Below, in pieces: positions 23,069 to 32,972 of a stretch of DNA of 56,689 nt (position 1 is the first letter of the stretch; the number at the start of each line of letters is the position of its first letter). This stretch comes from Balamuthia mandrillaris (taxonomy: Eukaryota). The position numbers and the translations under genes are program-made. Below the pieces are notes generated by a model. That model worked only from the letters and a program-made list of their open reading frames with translations. It was not told the DNA's origin and searched no databases. The stretch covers positions 186,001 to 242,689 of the forward strand of contig JAVKOQ020000054.1 of the NCBI GenBank assembly GCA_031835245.2, read 5' to 3'.

Positions 23069-24404
23069 CTCTCACCCTCCGCTACGTCGTTTTCCCAAAG
23101 CGCTTGCAAACAAATCTGTTCTAAGTTTGTTTGCTACGTTTTTCTTTTCAAATTTTTTTCTTTGTGGCATGTTTGATAGAGAGAGTAGAGAGAGAGAGAG
23201 AGAGAGAGAGAGAAAGTGAAAGAGAGAGAGAGAGAGAGAGAGAGAGTAGAAAGTAGAGAGTAGCGCAAATGCGAGTTCCATTGATATGCGTTCTGTTGTG
23301 TGTTGGTTCGCAGCTGCGCCACGCATTTCATGTGGATGGCGTGGTGGAGAAAAAAAAGGCGGGAAAGTGGTTGTCGCGGTGTGCTTGATAAAAGTTCCAA
23401 TATGTCCCATAATGTAATCATTTCGATCTAACACTTTGGGAATTTGAGCGGGCGATATTTGTCCAATTCTTCATGGGAAACCTAGTGAACATTTTTGCTG
23501 GACATTTGCGCGGTATTCGGCCGTCACTCCCATTTACACGTCTCGGTGGCTGTCCATTTTATTGCACTAGCAAACCAAGAAGAAAGAGTTTTTTGCCGGA
23601 GAAACGCGCAAAACAAAAAATAAAAAAAAAACAGAGGGGGAAAAAGACCTTCACTTTGCTCTCCTCCCCCTCTTGCCCCCCTTGTCCAAGTATCCTGCAC
23701 TCCACTTCCTTGGGTGCAGCACGCACATTTACTTTAGAAAAAAGGTTCGCTTCTTCTTCTCTCTCCATTTTTTTTGGAATTATTATTATTAATGGGGTGG
23801 TGGTTGTTGGGTGGGAGAAAGCTCTCTATGAGTTACAACCTGACAGGTCCCCCCCCCTTTTTTTTTTTTTTTGTTCCCTTCCCCTCCCTTGCCCCCATTC
23901 ATTTTTAGACAGAGAGAAAAAAATAACATATTTGTTTTTTTTTCTCTGCAGACATACACTGAGCGAGGAGGGGGGGAACGACTCCATCCGAGAGAGCGCG
24001 AAAAGACCAAAGGGAGCGCGCAGACCGCCCTTTGCCTTTCCCTCCGTTGTTGTTTTTTTTTAAGGCGGGCCGGGCCACAGCCACAAAATCAAAAAGTCAA
24101 GGTGGGTGAACCTTGGAGCAAGTACAAACGAGGAGAGGAAGAGGCGGCGGAGCGGGCGGCGGCTTCGAGTGTAGCGGAGGGCTCATCCGGGGAAGAGAAG
24201 GAGAAGGGGGAGGAGGACGAAGGGAAAGGCAGACCCCACTCCCGAAGTAAAGTTAAAAAGAAATCGGTAGCGGCGGTAGCGGCGATCAAAACAAGGAGTA
24301 GAAGGGGCTCGCAACAAGACAGAGAGCTCCTCAACAGAGAACAAGAGGAAAAAGAGGAGCGTGAGCAAAGGAACATAATCTATCGCTTGGTGGAGGAAGC
24401 CTGG

Positions 24405-26360
24405 ATGTCATCTTCATCGAACAAACAAATGTCGAAGATGGGCGGCTCCTCGTCGTCCTCTTCATCGGCCTCGCCCGGCGGAAAGAAGAAGAAGAGCAGC
24501 TCCACCCAAAACCTACTGAACAACAATAACCATCAAACGCCGCTTACTTACTCGGAGTCGGATGAGGGCTACAACTCGGAGTCGTACTCGGGGTCAGAGG
24601 AGAGGGAGAGGAGGAGCCTTCCCCCTACCTGGAGTGACGACTCGGACGACTCGGACACCTCTGAGGAGGAGGAGGAAGACGAGGACGGGAGCTCGGAGGA
24701 GGAGGAGGAAGAAGAAGACGGAAAGGCCCGTGAGAATGGGGATGATGTGGACTTGGGCTGGAGTGACGACGAGGACGAGGGCTCTAACGCGCCGGACCCC
24801 AACGCTGAAGAGATGAAGAAAGCACTTACTTCTCCTCGCGCCCCTCGTACGTTATTTTGTTTTTTTCTCGCTCTCTCTCATTGTTGCTATTCGACTCACT
24901 TTCTCCTCTCCTTCCTTTCTCCTCTTTTCTTTCCTCATTTTTTCCCTCTTTTCTTTTGTTCCCACCTTTCTCCCTATGTTTATAGCGGATGGCAAAGGAA
25001 CAGAGCCTACACACCACATCTTGTTCAAGAAGATCAATCTAACAGAAAAGAAGGGAAGGTATCCTGCCGACCTGCGGAAGAAAGCCCTACCACGGCATAT
25101 GCGCGAGGAACAGGGCAACTTTCGCCGTCATAAGTCGAACTCTACCAGCTCTCTCTATGTTAACAGTACTATCAGTGCTCCAGACCTTAACCAAGTGCTC
25201 TGGTGGTATGTTGTGAGCTTTCCACACTTTCTTGCTCCTTCTTACTTTTTCTTTCTTCTCTTTTTCTCTCTTTCTCCCTTTTCCTTATCTTTTTGCTCAA
25301 CTAAAATCTAAACAAACCGCAGCATGGCCTCTGCTCTCTATTACCATGTATCAAATGGACACCAAACCCGCGACCCCGTTTTTTTCAACATTTTTAATGA
25401 AGAGAAACACCCTATAACGGTAATTATTCTATTCTATCACTTGTTCCTTCTGTTTTGTAATTGAGAACCCCACTTATTCTTATAACTGTTCAACTGCTTA
25501 CAGAAAGGACCGGTTGATACAAAGTCCATTCCTCGGGTGAAGGAGCTGTACAAGTTTTTGAGCACTATTTTCAAGGCCGAAAGGGTATATATCTCTTCTT
25601 GTTCTTCTTCTTCTTGTTCTTCTTCTTGTTTTTCTTCTTCTTGTGTTCTTCTTCTTCATCTTTTTTCTTCTCCTTCTCCTCCTTCTGCTTCTCGAGCGTG
25701 ACTAACATTTGCGTTGTGCTTGTTCTATATTAGTTGCCTTCCGAGTGCGCTATTTTATGCCTAGCTTATATAGAACGCCTTATCTCCGCCACAGGAGTTA
25801 CTCTTCATGCCTCCAACTGGAGACGTATTATCCTCTCTTCTCTTATTTTAGCCTCAAAAGTGTGGGAGGACCAAGCTGTCTGGAATGTGGACTTTTTGTC
25901 TGTCTTCCCCAATGTGGATGTGAACGATTTGAACAAACTGGAAAAATATTTTCTGGAACTTGTTGGCTATAACGTTAGTCTCAAAGCTAGCGAGTACGTT
26001 CCTTTCTCTCCTCATTCTCTTGTTCCTCTGCTCTTCTCTGCCTGTCTTCTTTCGCTTCTCCCTCCTGGGTCTAACCACTCACCAATTTTAGATATGCCAA
26101 ATATTACTTTGAGTTGCGAGAGTTAGCCGAGAAAGATTCTAAACACTTCCCATTGGAACCTCTCACCACACAAGGCGCTGCCAGACTTGAAGTATGTTTT
26201 TTTTTCTTTTTGTTGCCCTTGTGGATAATATCTCATTTTTATTTGTGTGTAGGAAAGAGCCAAAGAAACAGAACAACGAGTGAAGAGCACACTAAAGCTA
26301 AAACGTACATCCAGCGCCGGTTCATTGCCTATCAAGTCCCCTCCTGCCGTTATCAACTGA
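24405..26360 (+). CDS. CCNY: Cyclin Y-like protein with acidic N-terminal extension (start uncertain)
   Basis: KSNSTSSLY, IFNEEKHP, ECAILCLAYIERL, NWRRIILSSLILASKVWEDQAVWNVDF, YAKYYFELR. Confidence 0.88.
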
Positions 26361-26753
26361 GGTCACACTGGAGCAAGGACAAAAAAAAAAGAGAGAGAGT
26401 GGAGGATGGATGGGTGGACTAGATCAGCAACAATGCCCACCACAAAACAAGCTGAAAGTGGAAGATATGTTCCACTGGAGGTTTGTTTGAAAAAAAAAAT
26501 ATCCAATAAAGAGGGGGTTGTATTGTTTTTTTCTTTCGTTCTTTCTTTCTTTATCTTTTGTAGGATGAGGGCGAAGGCCGAAGATGATCCCGCCTGACCG
26601 TGAGCCCATAGATATTCGTCCTCGCCCTGCTTCACCTCTTTCCTCTCTTCTTCTCTCACATCAAACTCTGTATACCTCGTCCTCGTGCGTGGTTCACTTT
26701 TTCCTCCGCTTATAATACAGTGATCGTACAGGAGTGTGCAGTGGTTGTGGCGG

Positions 26754-27400
26754 TTATGAGAACTGTTGCAGGGCCAGGTCTTGCCAAGCGTCCTCTTCCT
26801 CGTTTTCCAGCAATGGGCCTTGCGTTTTTCCAAGCAGAGTGAGATGATGATGTTGGATGAAAGAGAAAGAGAGCGACTACAAATGAGAAAGACAAGAGAG
26901 AGAACAGAGAGGAAGAGAGAGAGAGAGAGAGCAAGAGGAGGCGAAGAGAGAAGAGGGCGAGATCAAGAGCAGAGAGAGAGAGAGAGAGAGAGGCGAAGGG
27001 AGAAGAGGGAGAGGGAGCAAGAGAGAAGGAGCCGTAGAAAAGACAAAGAAGCGAGATGGTAGGAGGAGGGGGTACCTTTCTCCTCAAGAGAGTCGCTGTT
27101 GAGGCTTAACTCTGGTGGCAATACGATATCTGTTTATTATTTTTACGAACAACAACAGCGTGCTCAGATTGAATGGAAGAAAGGGGACGTCGACAAAACA
27201 AAAGAGCAAAAAGTACCGTCATTGGGTAGACCATCGGCTTCCCAATGGGCGTCCACAATGTCGTTCAAACAACGTCGCCGATGAACAATGGAAGAGAAGT
27301 TACTGTCACTCTAATCATCACAGAAAAGTCAACATTAAAAAAAAAAAAAAAGGAGATTTTGGCTGTACAATAAAGCACTCTCTCCCCTCCAACGCACCAT
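26754..27400 (-). CDS. ANAPC13: Anaphase-promoting complex subunit 13 (4 exons; not in ORF track)
   Basis: Spliced M|SDSNFSSIVHRRRCLNDIVDAHWEADGLPNDD IVLP..E..EEEDAWQDLALQQFS matches the Apc13 pattern (L.D.VD..W..D.LP.D, W.DL.L). Confidence 0.75.
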
Positions 27401-27517
27401 TGCTTACGACCGCTCCAAGTCCGATCGTCTGGTCGGAAGGGTTTGGAGTTTGCAGGTTTTGATTTGATTTCTTTCCTCCTTTGCTTTCTTTAATTGTTGA
27501 AAGAAGTAAAGCGGAGA

Positions 27518-28763
27518 ATGGAAGAGCCCGCCGCCGCAGACGAGAGAGAGGAGGAAAGCCCAGCCCTTCCCGCCCTTCTCCAACCCTTTGCGCGCTCCAC
27601 CACCTGCGACCTCTCTCTCCAAGGTTTGACCTCCTTGCCGAGCGCGGTCGGCCGCCTCCGCGCTCTCACCGCCTGCCACCTCTCCCACAACGCGCTGAGC
27701 GCCTTGCCCAGGGAGTTTGGCCAGCTCACCGCTCTCACCCTCTGCGACCTCTCCTTTAACGCGCTGAGCGCCTTGCCCAGGGAGTTTGGCCAGCTCACCG
27801 CTCTCGCCAAGTGCAACCTCTCCTCCAACAAGCTGACCTGCTTGCCCAGGGAGTTTGGCCAGCTCCGCGCGCTCGCCGAGTGCAACCTCCGCAACAACGA
27901 GCTGGCCGCCTTGCCGAGGGAGTTTGGCCGCCTCACCGCTCTCACCCACTGCAACCTCTCCAACAACAAACTGACGGCCTTGCCGAGGGAGTTTGGCCAG
28001 CTCGGGGCTCTCAGATACTGCCACCTCCCCAACAACCTGCTGACCGCCTTGCCGAGGGAGTTTGGCCGCCTCACCGCCCTCAGGCGTTTCGTCCTGGATG
28101 GTAACCCCTTGGCGGCGCTGCCTTCTTCCATCCTTGAAAGCGCTCTTCCCTCAACCCTTTCACCAGCAAGACGCGCTTCACGAACAAGCGGAAGGGAACG
28201 ACGAAGGGCAGGAGGAGAAGCAGCAGAAGAAAAGAGTGAAAGCCAACCAATTATCGCCCAGGAGGAACCACCACGCAGCGGTGAAAAGTTTGTGGCACTT
28301 GAGCGGAGAGGCGGTGCTGAGGAACGAGCTTTTGCCAACTGGCCTGTTGGCCCCCATTCCATACCCGCCCTTCGCCTGGCTTTCTTCTTGTTCTTCTTCT
28401 GCTTCTCTAATGGAGAGGACCACACACCAACAAGGAACAAAAGAAGAACCGAGAGAAGAAGGAGAAGGGGGTGCGGTGGTGCTGCCGGAAGAAGTGAAGG
28501 AAAGGCTGGAACAGCTGCAGAGAAGATGCGATGTTTGTGCACAGCTGTTTTTAGAGGCAGAAGAGGAGGAAGACGGAGGACCCCCAAGGCAAATCTTGAG
28601 AAGGTTTTGGGACCAGCAACGCAGAGTTTGGTGGGAGTTGTTGTGTTGCAGCCAGAGCTGCCGCCACCGGCCCCTCACTGACTTGGTGGACATCAGCTTA
28701 ATGTTCACCTATCAGTGCAATGGGAAGAGAGAAAAAGAATTGCAGGGTACTCGTCATGCTTAA
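27518..28763 (+). CDS. Leucine-rich repeat protein with C-terminal Cys motif (LRRC58-like layout); frame change near 28100-28140
   Basis: About seven 23 aa LRRs (LPREFGQLTALxxCxLSxNxL); second frame has VKSLWHLSGEAVL, CDVC and CCSQSC. Confidence 0.7.
27630..28110 (+). repeat. 69 bp tandem repeat encoding LRR units
   Basis: ttgcc(c/g)agggagtttggcc recurs every 69 bp, six copies. Confidence 0.9.
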
Positions 28764-29340
28764 CATTTTTAACATTCCTTTATTTTCCTGGAATTATTTC
28801 ACAAAAGAAAGGAGCGCTCAAAAACTGCACAACGTGTGCGCAAGCAGCGGTCCGAAATTCCACGATTGTTTGGAACGGACACCTTCTGCCCACGCCGCAG
28901 TCCAGCGGTAATTGCTCGCGCGGGCAATTGCCGCGCTGCCTTGAGAATGAATGGGTTGGCTTGATGGACACAATTTGTTGTTCCATTTGTCCAACGACCA
29001 ACAATAGAAAAATTGGGAGAAAAAAAAGAAAGTTTGAAGAAGAAAAGAAGAGAAGAGAAGTAAAGCATTCAAAACAAACTGAACGAAGCAGAGGAAGGAG
29101 TTCTTTCGTAAAACGTGCGCTTTTTTGTGTTTTTGTTGTTTTTCGTTCCCCTTTGAGACTGACAAATGTGTTTCTTTTTTTTTCGAAATTAAACCAAAAA
29201 AAAACTTGTAGGGTCGATTGAGAATAAAGTTCGCCGCGTAGTTTGATCTTCATCGTGCATTTAAAAAAAAGGGGCCGTTAAAAAAAAACAAATAACAGTA
29301 GTAGGGCCTGCTACTTGCAACTTCTTAAATTTGAAAAAGC

Positions 29341-29745
29341 ATGAATTCTCCCATCACACAAGTTTCAAAAGAGGATCAAAACCCAATACTGCCTACTTAT
29401 TCAACTTCTACTGCACGTACGTTGGATGAGTTCTTCGTTCATTTTTATTGTTTTCTGATTCGATTGACTTTTTAAAACTTTACAAACCTTTGCAGACAAA
29501 CGGAAGAAAGCCTCTTTCCTGCGGTCTCTTCTCTTTTGCTGTTCTGCGGTTTCGGAAGAAAGCCCTACCTCTCCCTCTGTCTCGTCTATTCGCCTCTCTT
29601 GTAGCCCTTCCTCTCATGTACCTTTTTCTCTCCTCTTGTTTTTTCTCGCTCTTTATCTTTGCTTCTTTTTCCCTTTCTTTCTCTCCCCTCTCTCTGCCCC
29701 TGTCTCTCATACCTCGTGTTATTTCCCTGCTGCTCTCTCTCCTCT

Positions 29746-29781
<36 letters not shown>

Positions 29782-30742
29782 ACGCCCTTCTCACGCCCTT
29801 GGGATATAGGCCAGCACAGAATACTTGTTACCACCGCTACTTCCTGAAGACGCGGGCAAGAAAACGTTGGTCCTTGACCTTGACGAAACCCTTGTGCATA
29901 GTTCTTTCAAGGTATAACAACCCTCTTCATGCTCATCTTGTTCTCCTCCTCCTCTCTCCCTCTCTCTCTCCTCTCTTTTCCTCATATGCTTATAAATACT
30001 CTGCGTCCTTTTCAGCCGGTCAACAACGCGGACTTTATTATACCAGTAGAAATAGAGGATCAAGTGCATCAGGTATATGTGGCCAAACGTCCTGGCGTGG
30101 ACAAATTCATGAAACGGGTTGGAGAAAAGTATGAAGTCATTGTATTTACCGCTAGTTTAGCCAAGGTAACCTTGTCTTTTTTTGTCGTTACTTTCCTCCC
30201 TCTCTTAATTTTGTACATCGCTTTGCATACACAAAACTCATCTCACCGCTGAACAAAGTATGCTGATCCAGTGTTGGATCTTTTGGACAAATATAGAGTA
30301 ACACGGACACGTTTATTTCGGGAAGCATGTGTACAACATAAAGGCAATTTTGTCAAAGTATGCCTCCCCACTCCTCTTTATTACTTCTCTAGCCTCCCTT
30401 ATCTCCTTTGTTTTGCTCTCCTCTCTTCTCTTACTTCAATATCTCTTTCGCTTTTTTGCTGCTCTTCTTCTGTCTTCTCTCCTCTCTTTCGCATTTATGC
30501 CATCAACTCTAACTCACAACAATAAACAGGATTTATCGCGGTTAGGACGGGATTTAAAGTCAACCATCATCATCGACAACTCACCAGCATCGTACTTGTT
30601 TCACCCACAGCACGCCGTACCCATCGACAGCTGGTTTGACGACATGAGCGACACGGAGCTGTTGGACATGCTTCCGTTCTTGGACGAGCTGGCGCAAGTG
30701 GACGATGTTAGTGTGGTTTTGAGCAATCGTGGCAAGCAGTAA
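29341..30742 (+). CDS. CTD small phosphatase (SCP/CTDSP, HAD family)
   Basis: [57 protein letters not shown]. Confidence 0.93.
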
Positions 30743-30815
30743 AATGAACAATGTCGAAAGAAAGAAACGACAAGAAAGAAAGAAAGAAAGAAACGACAAG
30801 AAAGAAAGAAACGAC

Positions 30816-30859
<44 letters not shown>

Positions 30860-31026
30860 AAAGAAAGAAAGGATGTCCTATGTTTTTTCGGATCTATTAT
30901 TTTATTTTATTTTTTATGGTGGAGCGTTTGTTGTTGTAACTTGGTTTGGGTTTAAAAGATAAAACATTAAAAATAAGAAAGCAGCAAAAAAGAACGAAAG
31001 TTATATCATTTTAAATATATATATTT

Positions 31027-32183
31027 TTATGAAGAAGAACTTCCAGCAGATTTGCCTTGTCTTCGTTGTTTGACGTCAAAGTTGAAGACGCGCGCCATGT
31101 TGACTTCGGTGATGGTGATCTGGTCCTTCAAAAAGTCCAAGTCCTGTTGCACCATCTCCAAGTTTTGCGTTGCGGACTCCAAGTTTCTGGTGAGGAGAGC
31201 GTTGGCTTCTTCTGTGCTGTACTCCACCATCACGTTCGCCTGCGTGAACAAAAAAGAATTGGAGAGAAAACGAGTAAGAGGAGAAAAGAGAAATGAAAGA
31301 AGAGACAACCGAGGAGGACGAGAGAAGAGGTTGAGAGAGAGAGAAGGGTTGCGAAGAGTGCTGGAGAAAAGAGAGAAGCCAAGAAGAGAGGAACAATGGA
31401 GAAGCCGAGAAGAGAGAGGGGGAGAGAGAGAGAAGGGTTGCGAAGAGTGCCGGAAAACAGGAAAGCACAAAAATACATACGCCAAGCCAAAGGCAAACCG
31501 TGTCCACGTTTTGAAGGGAGGCCTTGGCAAAGACACCTTCCGACAGTTCAAAGTGTGTAGACACTTCCTCTCCACTCTAATTTTTTTTTGATTGTGTTGA
31601 GTGACCAGTGAGAAGAGAGGAGAGAAGAGCGAGAGAGAAGAAAGAGAACAACAAGAGAAGAGGTTTTAACGGCAAACCAAACGTACCTTCCGTGAGAGCA
31701 AGTACTGAACCATGCTGAGGGCATTGCGTATGTCTGGTATTTTGGCCCTGAGGTTGGCTTTGCTTTGCACCAGTTTTGCTTCCAACAATTTGTAATATCT
31801 GTTTAAAAAAAAAGTGTTCATCAAACGAGATAAAGATTTGTTTTTCGCTCTTCTTAAACAGGCGAGGGAAAAGAAAGGATTGAAAAAAAGGAGGAGGAAA
31901 AAAAAACCTGTAGGCGGCTTGCATTTCTTTCAACGCTACCTCAGCGCTCTCATGTTTTGTCAGAAACGCACCCACATCATCCTGTATTTGTTCAAAAAGG
32001 TCACACAAAAGCACAGGGTAAAAACGACCTCCTCAAAAAAAAATGTCTCTTCGGTCACCGTTCAACGCGTACCAAAAACTGGGCTTTGGGAATGCCTCGC
32101 TCTTCGGGTGTTCCTTTGGCTTGTTCCGCTTCCATCATCTTCTTGTTTTTTGCTTTCTCTGTTTTTTTTGGGGTCATATCCAT
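31027..32183 (-). CDS. VBP1: Prefoldin subunit 3
   Basis: [63 protein letters not shown]. Confidence 0.93.
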
Positions 32184-32296
32184 GTCGACGCGAGTTGTCG
32201 ACAACTGAGATCCCAACAGATTATCTTAATTGTCGACATGTTACATTAATCATACCAGCCAATAAAAAATCAAACAATGTATTCATATTATAATAT

Positions 32297-32845
32297 TTGC
32301 TCTTGCTGTCGGTGGTTACGCTAGTGGTGGGTCTGGTCCAACCTGCGGGAGCATTCGCCGTTAACGGCACCCAGTGCAAGGGCGACCTGTGCTGCTACCT
32401 GCCGAACGGCGGGGTTCAAGCCGGCGATCTCTTCAACGGCTGCTGCTACGGGCGAGACGGCTCCGTGGCTGCCGGAGGCAAATACAATGGATGTTTCTAC
32501 AGCAGCGCCGGCTCTGTCGCCGCTGGAGAGCAGTACAATGGCTGCTGCTACGGCAGGGATGGCAGCACACAGGCCGGAGGCAGATACAACAGCTGCTGCT
32601 ACGGCAGTAATGGCTCCGTTTCTGCTGGGAACCTCTTTAACGCCTGCTGCTATGGTCGTGACGGCTCCGTGGATGCGGGCGGGCTGACCAGGTCATGTTG
32701 CTACGGAAGGGATGGGTCGGTCTCAGCCGGTGGGCAGTGCAACCTATGTTGCTTTGGTTCGCGCGCGGCCAAGCACAGCTGCAGTGAAGGCGGCCTGCAC
32801 CATGGTTGCTGCAGTGGATCCGGCACTACTTGTTGTGGCAAATAA
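32297..32845 (+). CDS. Small secreted Cys/Gly-rich protein with 17 aa repeats (start codon unresolved)
   Basis: Signal-peptide-like LLLSVVTLVVGLVQPAGA, then seven to eight CCYGRDGSVxAGGxYN units at 51 bp period; no in-frame ATG (TAA at 32291). Confidence 0.65.
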   Translation: MLLLSVVTLVVGLVQPAGAFAVNGTQCKGDLCCYLPNGGVQAGDLFNGCCYGRDGSVAAGGKYNGCFYSSAGSVAAGEQYNGCCYGRDGSTQAGGRYNSCCYGSNGSVSAGNLFNACCYGRDGSVDAGGLTRSCCYGRDGSVSAGGQCNLCCFGSRAAKHSCSEGGLHHGCCSGSGTTCCGK

Positions 32846-32972
32846 AGTCTTTGTCGAACACAAGAAGGCACTCCCTCTCGGCACAAAGCGAATGGAGCAA
32901 CAAGCCCAAGCAAGAGTATAGTGAAAAAAAAAATAATATAAAACATAAGAACAAGGTAAAGGGGAACTGACT

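Noticed and set aside
26363..26750. Minus-strand ORF downstream of APC13 (EFDVREEERKEVKQGEDEY..)
   Set aside because: No recognisable homology or clear splice link; most likely UTR, though an alternative exon cannot be excluded.
27630..28110. Regularly spaced direct repeats resembling a CRISPR array
   Set aside because: The 69 bp period is an in-frame LRR coding repeat, the spacers are homologous to each other, and there are no cas genes in this eukaryotic context.
27404..28587. Long minus-strand ORFs (206 and 365 aa) with repeats
   Set aside because: Antisense shadows of the GC-rich LRR repeat.
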